A stretch of 64,000 bases of DNA. Origin: Rhizodiscina lignyota. Taxonomy: Eukaryota. How positions within the stretch are numbered: the stretch's first letter is position 1; each line of letters opens with the position of its first letter. The stretch spans positions 2,914,001 to 2,978,000 of the forward strand of contig ML978123.1 in assembly GCA_010015805.1 (NCBI GenBank), in the 5' to 3' direction. Below the pieces are notes generated by a model. The model did not search any database. It was not told where the DNA came from and saw only the letters and a program-made list of their open reading frames with translations. The position numbers and the translations under genes are program-made. Positions 11,954 through 23,751 of this stretch are shown piece after piece.

Positions 11954-13485
11954 ATGGCTAGCCTTAGCCTTCTTCTCTTCAGGCTCATGGTGTTCGCTGG
12001 CGTGTGCCTCGCCGTGGTCAATGGCACAAAGGCGTCAAACACCACCACCGCTGTGGCTACTTTCTCTCCAACCACTAACATCTACCTCGCTGGTGTGGTC
12101 AATGCCACTGGTGTGGTCAATGCTACGAAGATGTTAAACACTACTACCACTGTCGCTATTCACTCCCCAGCCACCAACACGTCCCTCCCTGCTTTGGTCA
12201 ATGCCACAAAGGTTTCAAACGCCACCAGCACCGTGGCTGCGTGCTCCACATCCACTGGCATGTGCTCCGCTGTTGTCAATGCCACAAAGGTATCAAATAC
12301 TACCACCAGCGTGGCTGCTTGCACCCCGACCAAGACAGCTGTCCCTCCCGGAGTTGGCATCTTTTCGGTTGTCTTGAACAACCAAGAGTATTTCAGCGAG
12401 GATCTTCGAGCAACCCTCGGATGTGAGTCCATTGGGTTGATACAATCAAGGTCCACATGCTAATTACATTTCACAGCGCCTGTTCAGAACGAGATGACGG
12501 CATTTGGCTGGAGCTTCATGAGTGCTATGAACAACAGCAACACCATCAAGCTCACATGCGACCTTCTCAACTCCCTTGCTTACCGCAAAGCCAACCCTCT
12601 TCTCGACTTTCAATGTGAGACACAATTGCAGAGTTCTCGATGAATAAGAACAGCTACTACTCTTATTATCTATTAGGTGCCCCAGACACACTCCATGACA
12701 TTTTCTGCAGCTCTGTGTCAATGACCCCCGCTAAGATTGCCATCACTGCTGGCGAACAGATCGTCGACTCAAACACCAATCGATTCACGTTCGACCTTGC
12801 GACAATGTTCAGCTGCCCCAATTTGGAATGCGGAGACAAGAAATTCCAAGTGCTGACCGAGATCATCTGCAATGGTCTTGACGCCGGTATGCTTGCGAAA
12901 ATCGGGATTCACAAGTCCACTATGCTCGACGGTCTTTCGTATGACGGCCTCAACTGCTCGTCACTCACAAACTTTGCCGCATTGAAGAACGCTTCACTCG
13001 CTCGAATTGTCCCCAAGAATGTGCCACAGCAGACACATCTGTCTGAAGCTCGCTCCCTCCTGTACGGCGCTTATCTTGGTGTGGGCTTTTCCAACAATCG
13101 GACACTCGAGATCTGCCCTCCTGTCAACTCCACACAAGCACCCCTTGTGTCATGGATTCCGCTTGCTGCGAAGCGTCACTTGCGCTTGCCTTACATCCAG
13201 TACGGCGCCTGTAACCAAAGCGAGCCTTTCAACGTTACGATTCCGGAGTTCCGTGCAAAGGTCCTCGCTTACACGATCATCAACGCCAGCGCAAACAAGA
13301 CCTTCCAGAACGTCTTCTGCAGCAATGCGCTCCCATCGTCGCAGTGGGCCCCGTATCAGTACGTCAGCACCGGTACCTACCAAATCGATGATCAAGCGTA
13401 CTATGGTATTTTGAAGCCATGGTGCCAGAAGCTTGGTCTGCCATCTTCAAACTTTGGTGGCAACTTAACCATGGGTGAGGCTTAG
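11954..13485 (+). CDS. Secreted, sequon-rich, Cys-containing hypothetical protein with N-terminal tandem repeats
   Basis: TATAAA near 11803, hydrophobic signal peptide, intron 12423-12476 (GTGAGT...GCTAAT...CAG). The second junction is probably intron 12615-12676 (weak branch site) or a frameshift into ORF 12640-13485. Confidence 0.7.
12011..12350 (+). repeat. Four coding tandem repeats of about 78-81 bp (xVVNATKVSNTTTxVA...) plus an 18-bp partial duplication
   Basis: GTCAATG(G/C)(C/T)AC recurs; protein units begin AVVNGTKASN, GVVNATKMLN, ALVNATKVSN and AVVNATKVSN. Confidence 0.9.
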
Positions 13486-14021
13486 TATCATGATGCCTAT
13501 CAGCTCACTCATTTCCTTTCCTTTTTCTCTTTTGAATCATGAATGATTCAATGATTCTTCATGCCAGCTCTGATGCTGTGCATCTTTTATCCAACTTGCT
13601 TTAGATAGCAATACACACTCTTTAACTTTAAATCTTGACTGTGCCTCTTGTACTGAATGAAAGTGAACCCTAAGTCTTAACGTACAGACTGCAAGTTGGG
13701 CGCCCGCATATAGTCGAATAGGAGCCGAACCTTTACGTATAAGTTGGAGTTTAATAAGAGTACTATATTCATTTTTTCGCCCGAGCTGTAAATTGAGCGT
13801 CTGAATGTAATTGAATTAGAGCTTGAACTCTTCACGCACGCCAGAAGCTAATTGAGTACTTTCCATTAAAGCGATGCTTCATCTGAGTATACGAGCTGTA
13901 AGTATATACTCCAAAGAGCGTAGAACTAAACCTTCACTAAGCCTTCAGAGATAATTTCAATAACCTTGATATGTAAGAGCTGCCTTCCCTTCGGCGTCAC
14001 TCTTGATCATCCTCTTCCTCT

Positions 14022-15260
14022 TCACCGTCTTCTCGTCACATCCAACTCCTCCCTCGCCGATGCATTCCTTCGCTCTTCCAAATCCTGGCCCCTCTGAAAC
14101 GCCTCGACCCTCTCCCGCTCCAAATAGTCCTGAAGATCCATGCTTCCCTTTTTAGCCTTGAGCTGCGCCAGGAATCCTCCCTTATCCCTCCCCTCCTCGA
14201 TCGCTATGAGCCGTCTCTCTAAGGCACCCTGGGCATCCCGACTCTGCAGCCACATGTCCACCCTCTCATCGCTACCGAAGCACACGCCGTACCCGTCGCA
14301 GTAGCATGCGTCCATAGAGGGGCAAAGCTCGGGCTCGCCGGTGAAGATGTACTGCCACGTGTATTCAAAGATGTGGGCTGCCGCATGGTCGTCGAGTGGA
14401 GTGTCGAGTAGCCAGTCACGCCATTTCATGTACTGCTCTATCGGGTGTCGATGAATCGCATCACGACTGGCGGCGAATTGGGCGCAGCACGATTGGCTCA
14501 GCTCCTCGGGGACGGGCGTGTCGGCGCCGAAGAGGTCATGCCATATGCTCGGTTTGAAGTTGCGCTCCTTAGGCTTGTTCCTAATTTCGATGTCCTGCTC
14601 TTCTCGATCGATATGGAGCCTGATGGGACACCCTGGGTCAGGATGACATCGCGCATTCATATAGCCGTGTCGCATGACCCGATCGCTCGACAGACGGTGG
14701 ATCATTTGTGCGGAGTCAAGGTTGAGGAGTAGGTTGTTATGCCACGAGAAGCGGTGTGGGTGAAAGAAGAGGACAACATCTGGCAGATTGTCGTAGTGGT
14801 CGATGATATATGTTAGGTATACCATCGCTTCGTGGCCCTTATTCTTTGGGATGTGAAAAGGGGCATCCTCATTGTCTATGGAGTAGATCACGGTCTCCAA
14901 TCCCGGCAGCTCATCTACTACCCAGGCGACTTCATTTCTCGCCCGTGCTCCGACCACCAGCGTGCGGGTATGCTTGAAGTCGGGTATGGAGACGTTGGAA
15001 GGTATTTCCTGCTTGGTCGCGTCGTAAAACCTGTCGAGTAGGAGTTTGTCCTCCGTGCTCAGGGGAACGAGCTTCTTGTTCTGTTGGCGATGCGGCTCAT
15101 GTTGTTGAAGCGGAATAGGGCGGATTGAGATATAAATCCAGATAGACAACAGCACGAGGGGGAGCAGGACTGCTCTGGCACGGAGTCGTCGCCAGGGGAG
15201 TGGAACGCGACGAACTCTCCAGTTGCTCTGGAATCCAAGCCGATTCCATTGCTTCGACAT
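14022..15260 (-). CDS. DUF3431 family type II membrane protein
   Basis: Single N-terminal TM segment; motifs NKGHEAMVYLTYIIDHYDNLPD, SCCAQFAASRDAI, FEYTWQYIF and CYCDGYGVCF. The start ATG (15260) is inferred. Confidence 0.88.
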   Translation of the reverse strand: MSKQWNRLGFQSNWRVRRVPLPWRRLRARAVLLPLVLLSIWIYISIRPIPLQQHEPHRQQNKKLVPLSTEDKLLLDRFYDATKQEIPSNVSIPDFKHTRTLVVGARARNEVAWVVDELPGLETVIYSIDNEDAPFHIPKNKGHEAMVYLTYIIDHYDNLPDVVLFFHPHRFSWHNNLLLNLDSAQMIHRLSSDRVMRHGYMNARCHPDPGCPIRLHIDREEQDIEIRNKPKERNFKPSIWHDLFGADTPVPEELSQSCCAQFAASRDAIHRHPIEQYMKWRDWLLDTPLDDHAAAHIFEYTWQYIFTGEPELCPSMDACYCDGYGVCFGSDERVDMWLQSRDAQGALERRLIAIEEGRDKGGFLAQLKAKKGSMDLQDYLERERVEAFQRGQDLEERRNASAREELDVTRRR

Positions 15261-15941
15261 TCGCACTCGGTTAAGAAACATAGAAAGAGGAAGACCGTCC
15301 CATCGCGGGTCGCGAAAGCTGAGATGGAAAGGAGAGATGCGGCGAAGATCCCAAACACTTACCCTGACTCTGCTTGTGAGATCGCACTGGTTTAAGGGTA
15401 CCTGCAGAGGCACCGTGCCACTGGCACACAGGCACACACAAGTCATTTGGGTTTAATTATGGCCTTGCTGGCCAATGGCCGTCTCGAGTTGATGATTGGG
15501 GGAGAGATGAAACTGCACCGAGGTTGCGTCACCGTAGCATGCCAGTCCATTTGCTCCGATCATTCGATCGACTGGTCTGTGCGCAGATATCACAGCCATT
15601 TAAATCACAGCACCTGGAGAGCCTTCAATGCGGTAGAACGGATGTAAAAAATGTCCACGATGGAATTCGCAAGAATTCAAGTGGCAGCCTCAAGGGTGGC
15701 AAGATAGTTGGGCCCACTCAGGTTCGAATGCGTGTGGCAGGAACAAGTTTTACTCCGCAACACCAGCGAGAGCATCTCTGGAGGCTTGATTATCTATTAC
15801 TCGGAGTGCATTTCACGGTAGTGCGCGACTTTGACACTCATATTATGTGTTAATTAAAGACTATAGATATCCTAGATTGCCGCTGTTTTGCAGTTTGTAT
15901 CGTAGCCCCGGTTCAATCTTTTTGCCACCATCGAGGCATGA

Positions 15942-17450
15942 TCATGAACTCGCAAATGCGCAAGTGCCCATATCCTTCTTCTCCACCGGCGCTCCTGGAA
16001 GTATATTAAAGTCAAATATGTCGACCGGTAGACCCATCGTCGTACAGGCATTTGGGATCTGTCAAGATTGTATTAGCAACACTCACTCTACAACCCAGAG
16101 TCGCCGAACTTACATCAACAATACCAGCTACATGGCCCTGCACAGGTGCACAGGACAGTAGAAGGTAGATCTGGTAATCACTGTACCCATACCGTCTCAG
16201 GTACTCGATGCACCTCAGACTGGTCTGCCTATATGCGACCGTCGCATCCAGGTAGTGTTGCTTGCCCTGCTCATCCACGGAGAACCCCTCGAAGTAGATA
16301 TAGCGGCCAGGTCCGAATTGCGGCTCCACAGGACCCGGAATATAGATCGGCGACTTGGTACCCAGCTCAGCCATGCCATTTTTCATGACCGTAAACTTGA
16401 TCGTAATCACACCGGCCATCTCAATCGCGCCACAGAACGATATTTCGCCGTCACCCTGAGAGAAGTGCAGGTCTCCGACACTGAATTTCGCGCCCTTGAC
16501 GTGCACTGGGAGATAAACCTTGCTGCCTCGCGAGAGGTTCTTGATGTCGCAGTTGCCGCCGTGCTCTGGACGACCTGGGATTGTCCTCGCACCCTCCTTG
16601 CCAACCTTTTCCTTGATATCATCGGATGCGCTGCCAGCGTGAACGTTCTGCGGTTGCGGTGGAAGCGCAACATCCCGATCCATATGTGCGCACGCAGAGA
16701 TGAGCTCGGCTTCGCGCTTGTTCCAAGTCGCAAGCACCTCGGGGCTTGGTGCGCAGCCCAAGATGCCAGGATGGATGAGGCCTGCGAAGCGCACACCTGG
16801 GATGTGGCGCGAGGAGCAGAAGATGCCTTCAAAGTCCCAGATCGCCTTTGCCGCATTTGGGTAATGCTCATCCAGGAAACCTCCGCCGTTCTTCTTGTCA
16901 AAGATGCCTGTGAATCCCCATGGCTGGTCCTGCAGCGGCTGCACGTCCTGAATCTCTACCAGAAGAATGTCACCTGGCTCGGCGGTCTCGATCTCGAATG
17001 GGCCGGTGAGGTAGTGGACTTGTGTCAAGTCAACATTTTTGACATCGTCGGCACTGCAATTGTGTCAGCACCTCGCCAGACATTATGTTTGGAACCGCAT
17101 TAACCTATCGTTATTGCCAATTTGGCCACCAGTCCAGTCGAGACATTCAATCTTCACGACCTCGCCGTTCTTGATGGTGCCACAGAACGGAACTGTAGGG
17201 CAGGAGTCAATATTCTGGGTAAGGATGATTCTGAGATCTGCTCACCGTCGGGGTGCCATCGATTCTGTAATTAATCAGCTCAATAGCTCCAAATTCTTGA
17301 GAGTACATACATGAAGGGTTTTCTGCTGCTGTGGAGGCGTATTCAAGTCCACCTAAGGCGCGTTAGCTTCGCGAAGCTTGCTAGCAAACATCACGGAAGT
17401 TGAGGCGGATAGCTCACTTTAGCGGCAAATCGCAGTTCTTGCTTGCCCAT
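15942..17450 (-). CDS. fmdS: Formamidase (acetamidase/formamidase family), multi-exon
   Basis: HNRWHPD, HYLTGPF, GRPEHGGNCDIKNLSRGSKVYLPVHV, SVGDLHFSQGDGEISFCGAIEMAG; includes a 19-nt exon at 17246-17264. Confidence 0.95.
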
Positions 17451-17555
17451 CTTGAAGGTCGAGTTCGATATGAAGTACAGAGAGGATCGCGGTCAGAGAA
17501 TACAACAATTGCTTCACAGACGAGGAGAAAGGAGGCGTGAAAGATGGAAATAAAG

Positions 17556-17730
17556 GATAAACTGCGGGGCAAGCTATCACCTACCGCGTCATTCGAGCTG
17601 AAGGTTTATTTAGTTCCTTTAGGCATTTCCGCGCAAGGCAGCTCGAAACTGGGTCCGGTTGCCCAGAAGAGCGATAAGATGCTTGCGGTGATAAAACTGC
17701 ATTTGAATGAGGGGGGAGGGGTCCTGATAG
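17556..17730. promoter_or_regulatory. Cluster of GATA (AreA-type) sites upstream of fmdS, plus one SYGGRG (CreA-type) site
   Basis: GATAA at 17556, CTATCA at 17574, CGATAA at 17672, TGATAA at 17689, TGATAG at 17725; GCGGGG at 17564. Confidence 0.65.
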
Positions 17731-18006
17731 GCAAGCAACCGTTTTTGTCAAGTAACGCGTCGCTACCGCAGAGCGCGCCGCTACCCCGCCGTCATCGGAA
17801 GCCCTGGGAACCCTGCACATACATATCGCTGTGGTCGGAAGAAAGGATCATATTTGTATTTCGAATTGCTGCCTCTGAGACTGGGTGACTTGTGACTTGT
17901 GACTTATACCAAGTCTGGTAAAGATCAATCGCTTTTGTAGCACTCTTGGTGCAGTTCTATCCCATATCCTTACTGGAAGATGCTTGATACAGACTTTGAG
18001 AGCCAA

Positions 18007-19360
18007 TCATGAGAACTTATTGAAAGGCTCTTCCGTTTTTGTCGGATCGTTTCCAGTGGAATTGCTCCGAATGTTCAGCGCGTCCAGATTCTCAAGAGAC
18101 AGGTTGAGGAACTCGTGTTTGTTCTGCCATCGGACCTGGCCCTCTGCATACTCCTTGGCTTGGGAGGGCGGAGGTGGCGGATCAGTGATTTTCGTTAGCA
18201 AGAATGCTGTGGATGCTTCTGCGATGCCATATATCAAGACGCCAAGCAGTGGAATCTTGAGGAAGACGAAGAAGCCAACCGCAAATCCGAACAGGACGCC
18301 TTCACGGTCTCTGAACCATAATTTCTTCTGTTCCCTGGTGTACCTCACGCGCGAGAAATATGGATCGAGCTATTAGAGTCGTGAGTGGTAGTCAAGCTGT
18401 ACAATTTCGGCAGAACTCACTAGTTCTCGCATAAGGCTCCTCGACGAGAAGTAGCTCTGCAGGAAGGTGACTAAATAGCGTCGCGGAAGGAAAATGGCGG
18501 TGCCGAAGATGATAACTGCTGGCTGTGTGCCAACAGCTGCGTGGAAGGTGTAGAAACTTGCTGCAGGCAAGACGAACCTGCCTACAACAGGTACATGCGA
18601 GAGTGCATATATAGCCAAGGAGATACCAGCTCTGCGGCCATAGCGAATCAAAAACGCTATAATGGCGTCTCGCTTGCCCTTGCCCTCCCTCGGGTCTCCA
18701 TGTGTCGGATAGAGCCTAAGGTTTTCGTAGTACATTGCCCGTAGCTGGCGTGGGTCCTCACCACGATGTTTTGCAATGTAGGTACGGTCAACCCAATCAA
18801 GGGAGTCCATGAACCTACAGCCCTGGATTAAGCATTGGAGCATATACAAAGGAAGAGAAAACGTACATTCTATCCATTGTGGGAGTGAGATACCTCATCA
18901 GCGACATGAGGAGGAAAGGCACTTGCAGCACCGAATGCTCGATGAAGGTCAGACCGTCGATTAGCTCGTTGTCCCATTGTGATCCTTCCAAGTTGACGAA
19001 GAATCCAAGAATCCAGATGAAGACTCGCACGCCAATTGTCTGCCCAGAGTAAGTATGAGATGACCATTAAGGTAATGCACGTGCTCTACTTACCGGAATG
19101 GCAATAATGAGTCTAATGGCAAGACCGGCAGCAACGGCAATAGCAGCTTGGCGGTAGTGGTCGGAAGTGAATAGTTTCGGGTTCTGAAGTGCTCTGCCAT
19201 CATTTAGTAACCATGATATTCCGTAGTGAATGCTCGGCATGTACCTGTGAGCTGCGACTGTGTTAGTTTATGAGCGCTCATAACTTGACAGATGTCACTA
19301 ACCTCCCACTAGGGTGAGCTGAGCACCTCTTATGATGGCATTCGGGTCAAAATTCGACAT
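18007..19360 (-). CDS. usgS: Transmembrane protein UsgS (EI24-like), multi-exon
   Basis: MSNFDPNAIIRGAQLTLVG, SVLQVPFLLMSLMRY, FMDSLDWVDRTY, FRDREGVLFGF, IYGIAEASTAFLLTKITDPPP; lies directly upstream of fmdS on the same strand. Confidence 0.88.
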
Positions 19361-19823
19361 TCTCGACAGTATTGAGGTCTGCCTGAATTTTGAGAAACTG
19401 TTGTTGAAGTTGTGGGAGTGGTAAATGACGCCGAAGGCTGCGCCAGCCAACGGCGGCAACCTTGAAGTCGCGTCGGACGTGCTGCAGTGGGTAAACACGC
19501 GTCGTTCGCGCCTGGCTCTCCACGCCTACGATATTAAGGCTAACAATTCAATATTACTGCGATCGATATCCTCTATTCATCGAGTCAATTCAAAGCCACC
19601 CCAAGATCTATTCTGGGATGTCCGATAGCTCCGCGATTGTGTAACAGAACTGCCCTGTCTCCCTTTTGATCGTCCGCAACGCCAAAGCGCCACAAGCTCC
19701 ATTCCCAGCCTCCATCAATAACCGAGACGCCTCGACTCATTACGCGCATTACAAACGTCGAGTCGCACGACAGATGTCTTCTCCATCACCGTCACTGTGA
19801 ACGCTCCCACTAAACATGTCATC

Positions 19824-21644
19824 ATGTCCGCCATCTCCTCTCCCTCAACCCCCGAGACACCCGCTCCGCGGATTCGCCCTGTGTCGCTCCGATCGAGCAC
19901 CGTGCCGACGAAGTTAATCGAGGGGCACAGCACCAGTTCCCCGACGAGCGCGACAGGCACGGTTGGGACAGATAAAGATCTTGAGATTCTGTTCGCCCAC
20001 GTATCTGGCAAGATCGTGTCGTTCACCACGTCATCAAGCACATCACGACCGAGCTCCAGCTCAAGCCGGGGAACCGCTGCAGACAAGGACGTGATTGGGA
20101 CATTACCATGGGCCTCACCAACAGAGAGAACGGTTGCGGCTGGTTGGTTCTTCGGATTGGCTGCACGAAATGCACGTAAACTGATCTTGTAAACAGGTCC
20201 GCTGCAAATCTATCGCGTACGGAGCTCAGGTGTTGCCTTCCTCCACTCCGGACGTCTTCTCCACCCTATCATGCCCGCATCCCAGTGCTGGTGCGTTGAC
20301 GGCGAATCGAAATTCGTTCTGCGCGTCCGTGATGGTGTATTCTACCGCCTCGAACTACCGTGGGACACAGAAGATGATAAGACGAAGGTTGAGGAATTCA
20401 AGGACGTCCTTGGCAAGGTCTTAAGATATGAGAGGACGGCATGTCCTTTCAATCGCGGATTCCATGTCGATCTGCCGGAAGAATCTCTAGACTCACCAAC
20501 CCGGGTTCGAATTCTAAGGAATACTTCACGAGCGAAGCGATGGAAATTGAAGGGTGTTTGGGTGCCGGAAGACGGGCGCCCCCAAATGACAACAGCTGAA
20601 GATCGACGGCCTTCAGAGACCTCGCAGGACTCAAATGGAGAAGGCACAGAGAGCTCGAACAGTGTTGATGATGATCCGAGAGAGGAATCGAGTGGTGTCG
20701 CAGCAAAACCACAAGAGCAGGCAGTTGCGGGAGCTGAACCGGAGCGCAAAGACTCTATCGATGTTTCCGAGTCGCCTATAATACAGCCCTCCAGACCTCG
20801 CACGATAGTGGCAATCCGATCAGTCACAGCACCTCCACATCTCATTACGTCTACCTCTCCTCCATCTGTTGCACCCCCGTCGCCCGAAGACATCACCGAG
20901 CAAGATGCGGATACTCGAAGTATTGCATCAAGCCGAGCTTCTTACCATACAGCAGATGACTCTGATTCACCCCTTTCTACTTCCGGTCCGTACGAGGACG
21001 CCCTCCCTACACCTGGGCCAGAAATATCCAATACGATCGACCTCTCGAACTCGGGCAAAGGTCACCATGCGCGCGATGTCTCGGACGTTACAATCACAGG
21101 CAGCGATGATACTGATGGAGTGGCCGAAAGTTCAAAACGACACAGTTTCCCTTCTCCTCCTTCGACACCGACCCTTATCTGCGATATGGACGATGTTGGC
21201 GATCCACCATGGTCAGACGCAGTCACTCCTCCCAACACCCTCCGTCTTCGCCGTCTTCCAAAGGCACAAGCCAGAGGCAGAGATGGTGCTCAGGCAGCCC
21301 CATATACACCGATCTTCTCTCCTACATCTCCAACTAGAGGGCGGCGGCTCACAGCCGCCATTCTCCAAAAGGCCTACTCCATAATTCTGGGACCACCGGC
21401 GTCTCTTGTTGCGCTCATGTTGCGCATTGCAGCAAAGATTGCAAACGGTGCCAACATCTGGTATTCTTACGATTTAAGAGGTCACGGGGAGAGAATGGCA
21501 GGAACATGGGAGTCTACTGACGAAGAAGATGCGTGGGATGAAGACGACTTTGGCGTGCCATTGAGCAACACGAAGTCGAGAGGTTCATCGGTAACAGATG
21601 GAGAGAGTCCAGGTGCTGCTTCTCGGCGGCAGGAAGTAGACTAG
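19824..21644 (+). CDS. INP1: Inheritance of peroxisomes protein 1 (Inp1 domain), 2 exons
   Basis: TLPWASPTERTVAAG|PLQIYRV..VAFLHSG..LHPIMPASQCWCVDGESKFVLR...VLRYERTACPFNRGF; intron 20143-20196. Confidence 0.85.
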
Positions 21645-22743
21645 TGATCCCTTTCTTTTATTCCGCTTTGGCTGGGCTTGTATTAATATGGTTGGGTTCC
21701 CCTCTTTTGGTTCATGCTTTTTGAAAGGCGCAAGGGAGGCTGGATTGCATATAGAGCGATATTGCTCTTTGGACGTCTGGATCATCTTCTCTTTTGGTTT
21801 CCTTGGTTTTGGCATAGCACTACGTGCCGAATACCTAGTTATGACATGAATGTCTACTGGCCAATTTTGTGGAAACTGAATCCACGATCGAAGAGGCATC
21901 GGTGACTCTCAACTGCTACCAAATAAACCTGAAGCCCTTTGAGAACTCTATGGGCTATAACATCTAGAAATTAGGCAATCACACATTTGTCCAACTATGT
22001 TGAATGATAGATGGCCGTCGGATGGGTCGTGGCCGCTCAACGTAGGGTCAAAAGCTGATGGCAGGGTGATGGCTGGGAGTTGCAGGGGGGTGACTCTCTT
22101 CCCCAGACCTCTAATTTTCTCACTCCCTTCCACCATGGAAAAGTATCGTACCGAACTTCTTGATTATTACCACGTGGGTAGTGCACACTCTGTAATATTC
22201 CTCTTGGCTACAAGTCATGCGGCGGTTTTCCACGATATCGCGGTGTAAGAGTCGGTGTTCTCACCCAGCTCTCTCAGCCCTATGAGCTGAAAACATCTGC
22301 ACAGCCAGTCTCGGCGAGCAAACGAAAAGCTTCTTCTTGTTTCCTTCACACCACAAACTTCGTATCTTGTCACCGTACTGAATTTTAGTACCTTTTAGAG
22401 TAAAGATTATGAGGGCTGGTTCATGGCGCGATATCCCAAATGGCGGTGGTTGGAGGTGGGCCAGCATCATCCCATCACGCAGTACTGCACTACTACCCAC
22501 CACTCCAGCCATCTGAATTGCTCATCAATTGTGTCACCGGATTTTCGGGGTGGCAGGCAAACTTTACCTCAACAATGCACCATCAAGACGGTAAGAGACA
22601 ACTAGCTATATAGCAGGTAGGTTCGCCGCCTCCCCCAACCTTTCCTGCCCTCCCTTTGCTTCCTCCCAACCTCTGGTTCGTGTCGCTTCCTGTCTGTTTG
22701 TCTCTCGTCACTCTGCAGTCATTGTTGTTTTGCGTGGTCAGCG

Positions 22744-23298
22744 ATGTCTTCACGCCGCTCACTCGACGATTCGGCGCTCTTCTGCACCTGGAGCGGACGG
22801 TCAAGGTCATCCTCACTATCAGACGAAGAACTATCGCCATCACGACCAAGAGCGCCATCGCCGGATTCGATGTTCAGAGGTAGCGAGAGGTCTCGCCCGG
22901 GCAGTCCCAGGTGGACCTTGCTACCAAGTCCCCTACAGCAATTGGAGAACATCAGCGTGGACTCCTTCCATACCGCACACGACCTCTCTCTGTCTCCAAC
23001 CCGCTCTCGAAGATCATCCATTCGCTCTATTTCCCTCTCATCAACGTGTTCCGAAGACTCGCTGTCATCCCTAATATCGGATCTGGATCAATCGATAGCA
23101 TCCTGGTCATCAGAATCATCAAGTCGCACATTAAAAAAGAGGAGGTCACCGCGGCGAGAGTCGCTGCGAGATATCCGGACGAAGCAATCGGAATATCAAC
23201 TGCAACGGGCCTACGAACAATCAACTATCGCTTATCTTGACGATACCATATTCGATCTGTTCAAACCACGACCACTACGGACGAGAATTTCCATTTGA
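22744..23298 (+). CDS. Ser/Arg-rich hypothetical protein, 184 aa
   Basis: ATG-initiated ORF after a pyrimidine-rich leader; low complexity with an ordered-looking C-terminal segment RRESLRDIRTKQSEYQLQRAYEQSTIAYLDDTIF. Confidence 0.6.
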   Translation: MSSRRSLDDSALFCTWSGRSRSSSLSDEELSPSRPRAPSPDSMFRGSERSRPGSPRWTLLPSPLQQLENISVDSFHTAHDLSLSPTRSRRSSIRSISLSSTCSEDSLSSLISDLDQSIASWSSESSSRTLKKRRSPRRESLRDIRTKQSEYQLQRAYEQSTIAYLDDTIFDLFKPRPLRTRISI

Positions 23299-23751
23299 TC
23301 TTTCACTAACTTGGGCCTGGTGTTATGGGGATTGGCGGATCAATGGTTATGCGGTCTACGCCTCAATTTCATTTCGTCTTCACATTTTGCAAACGATTCC
23401 CACAGGACCGCGGTCCTGTGCCGGTACCTTCATGGCTGAATGGACGATCGACGCCTTTGAGCGACGCAGTCACTTATTTGGGAGCAGACTTTGCTCCATC
23501 ATTTTCAGCTCCCGGCAGCTTTCCTTAACGATTTACTATGACCTTCAATGAGGCGTTCTTTCTCTTACAAGCTAAACGATTTCAAACCATGTGCTCACGA
23601 AGGAAAGGGCGTAATGCTCATATGCAGAGCTCGGAGAGGTTTCATTGGCTCTCAGTATGAGGCGCAAGGATATCAGTCATTCGCTTGACGATTTCCTTCA
23701 CCCATTTGTACATCATGCAAAACGACTTTCTACGATTTACGCAGCTCAAAT

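Noticed and set aside
15261..15446. N-terminal extension of the DUF3431 ORF in the ORF track
   Set aside because: Non-ATG start with UTR-like sequence; an ATG closer to the TM segment is more plausible.
15690..15745. GGTTCGAAT T-loop-like word
   Set aside because: No cloverleaf, acceptor stem or A-box; not a tRNA.
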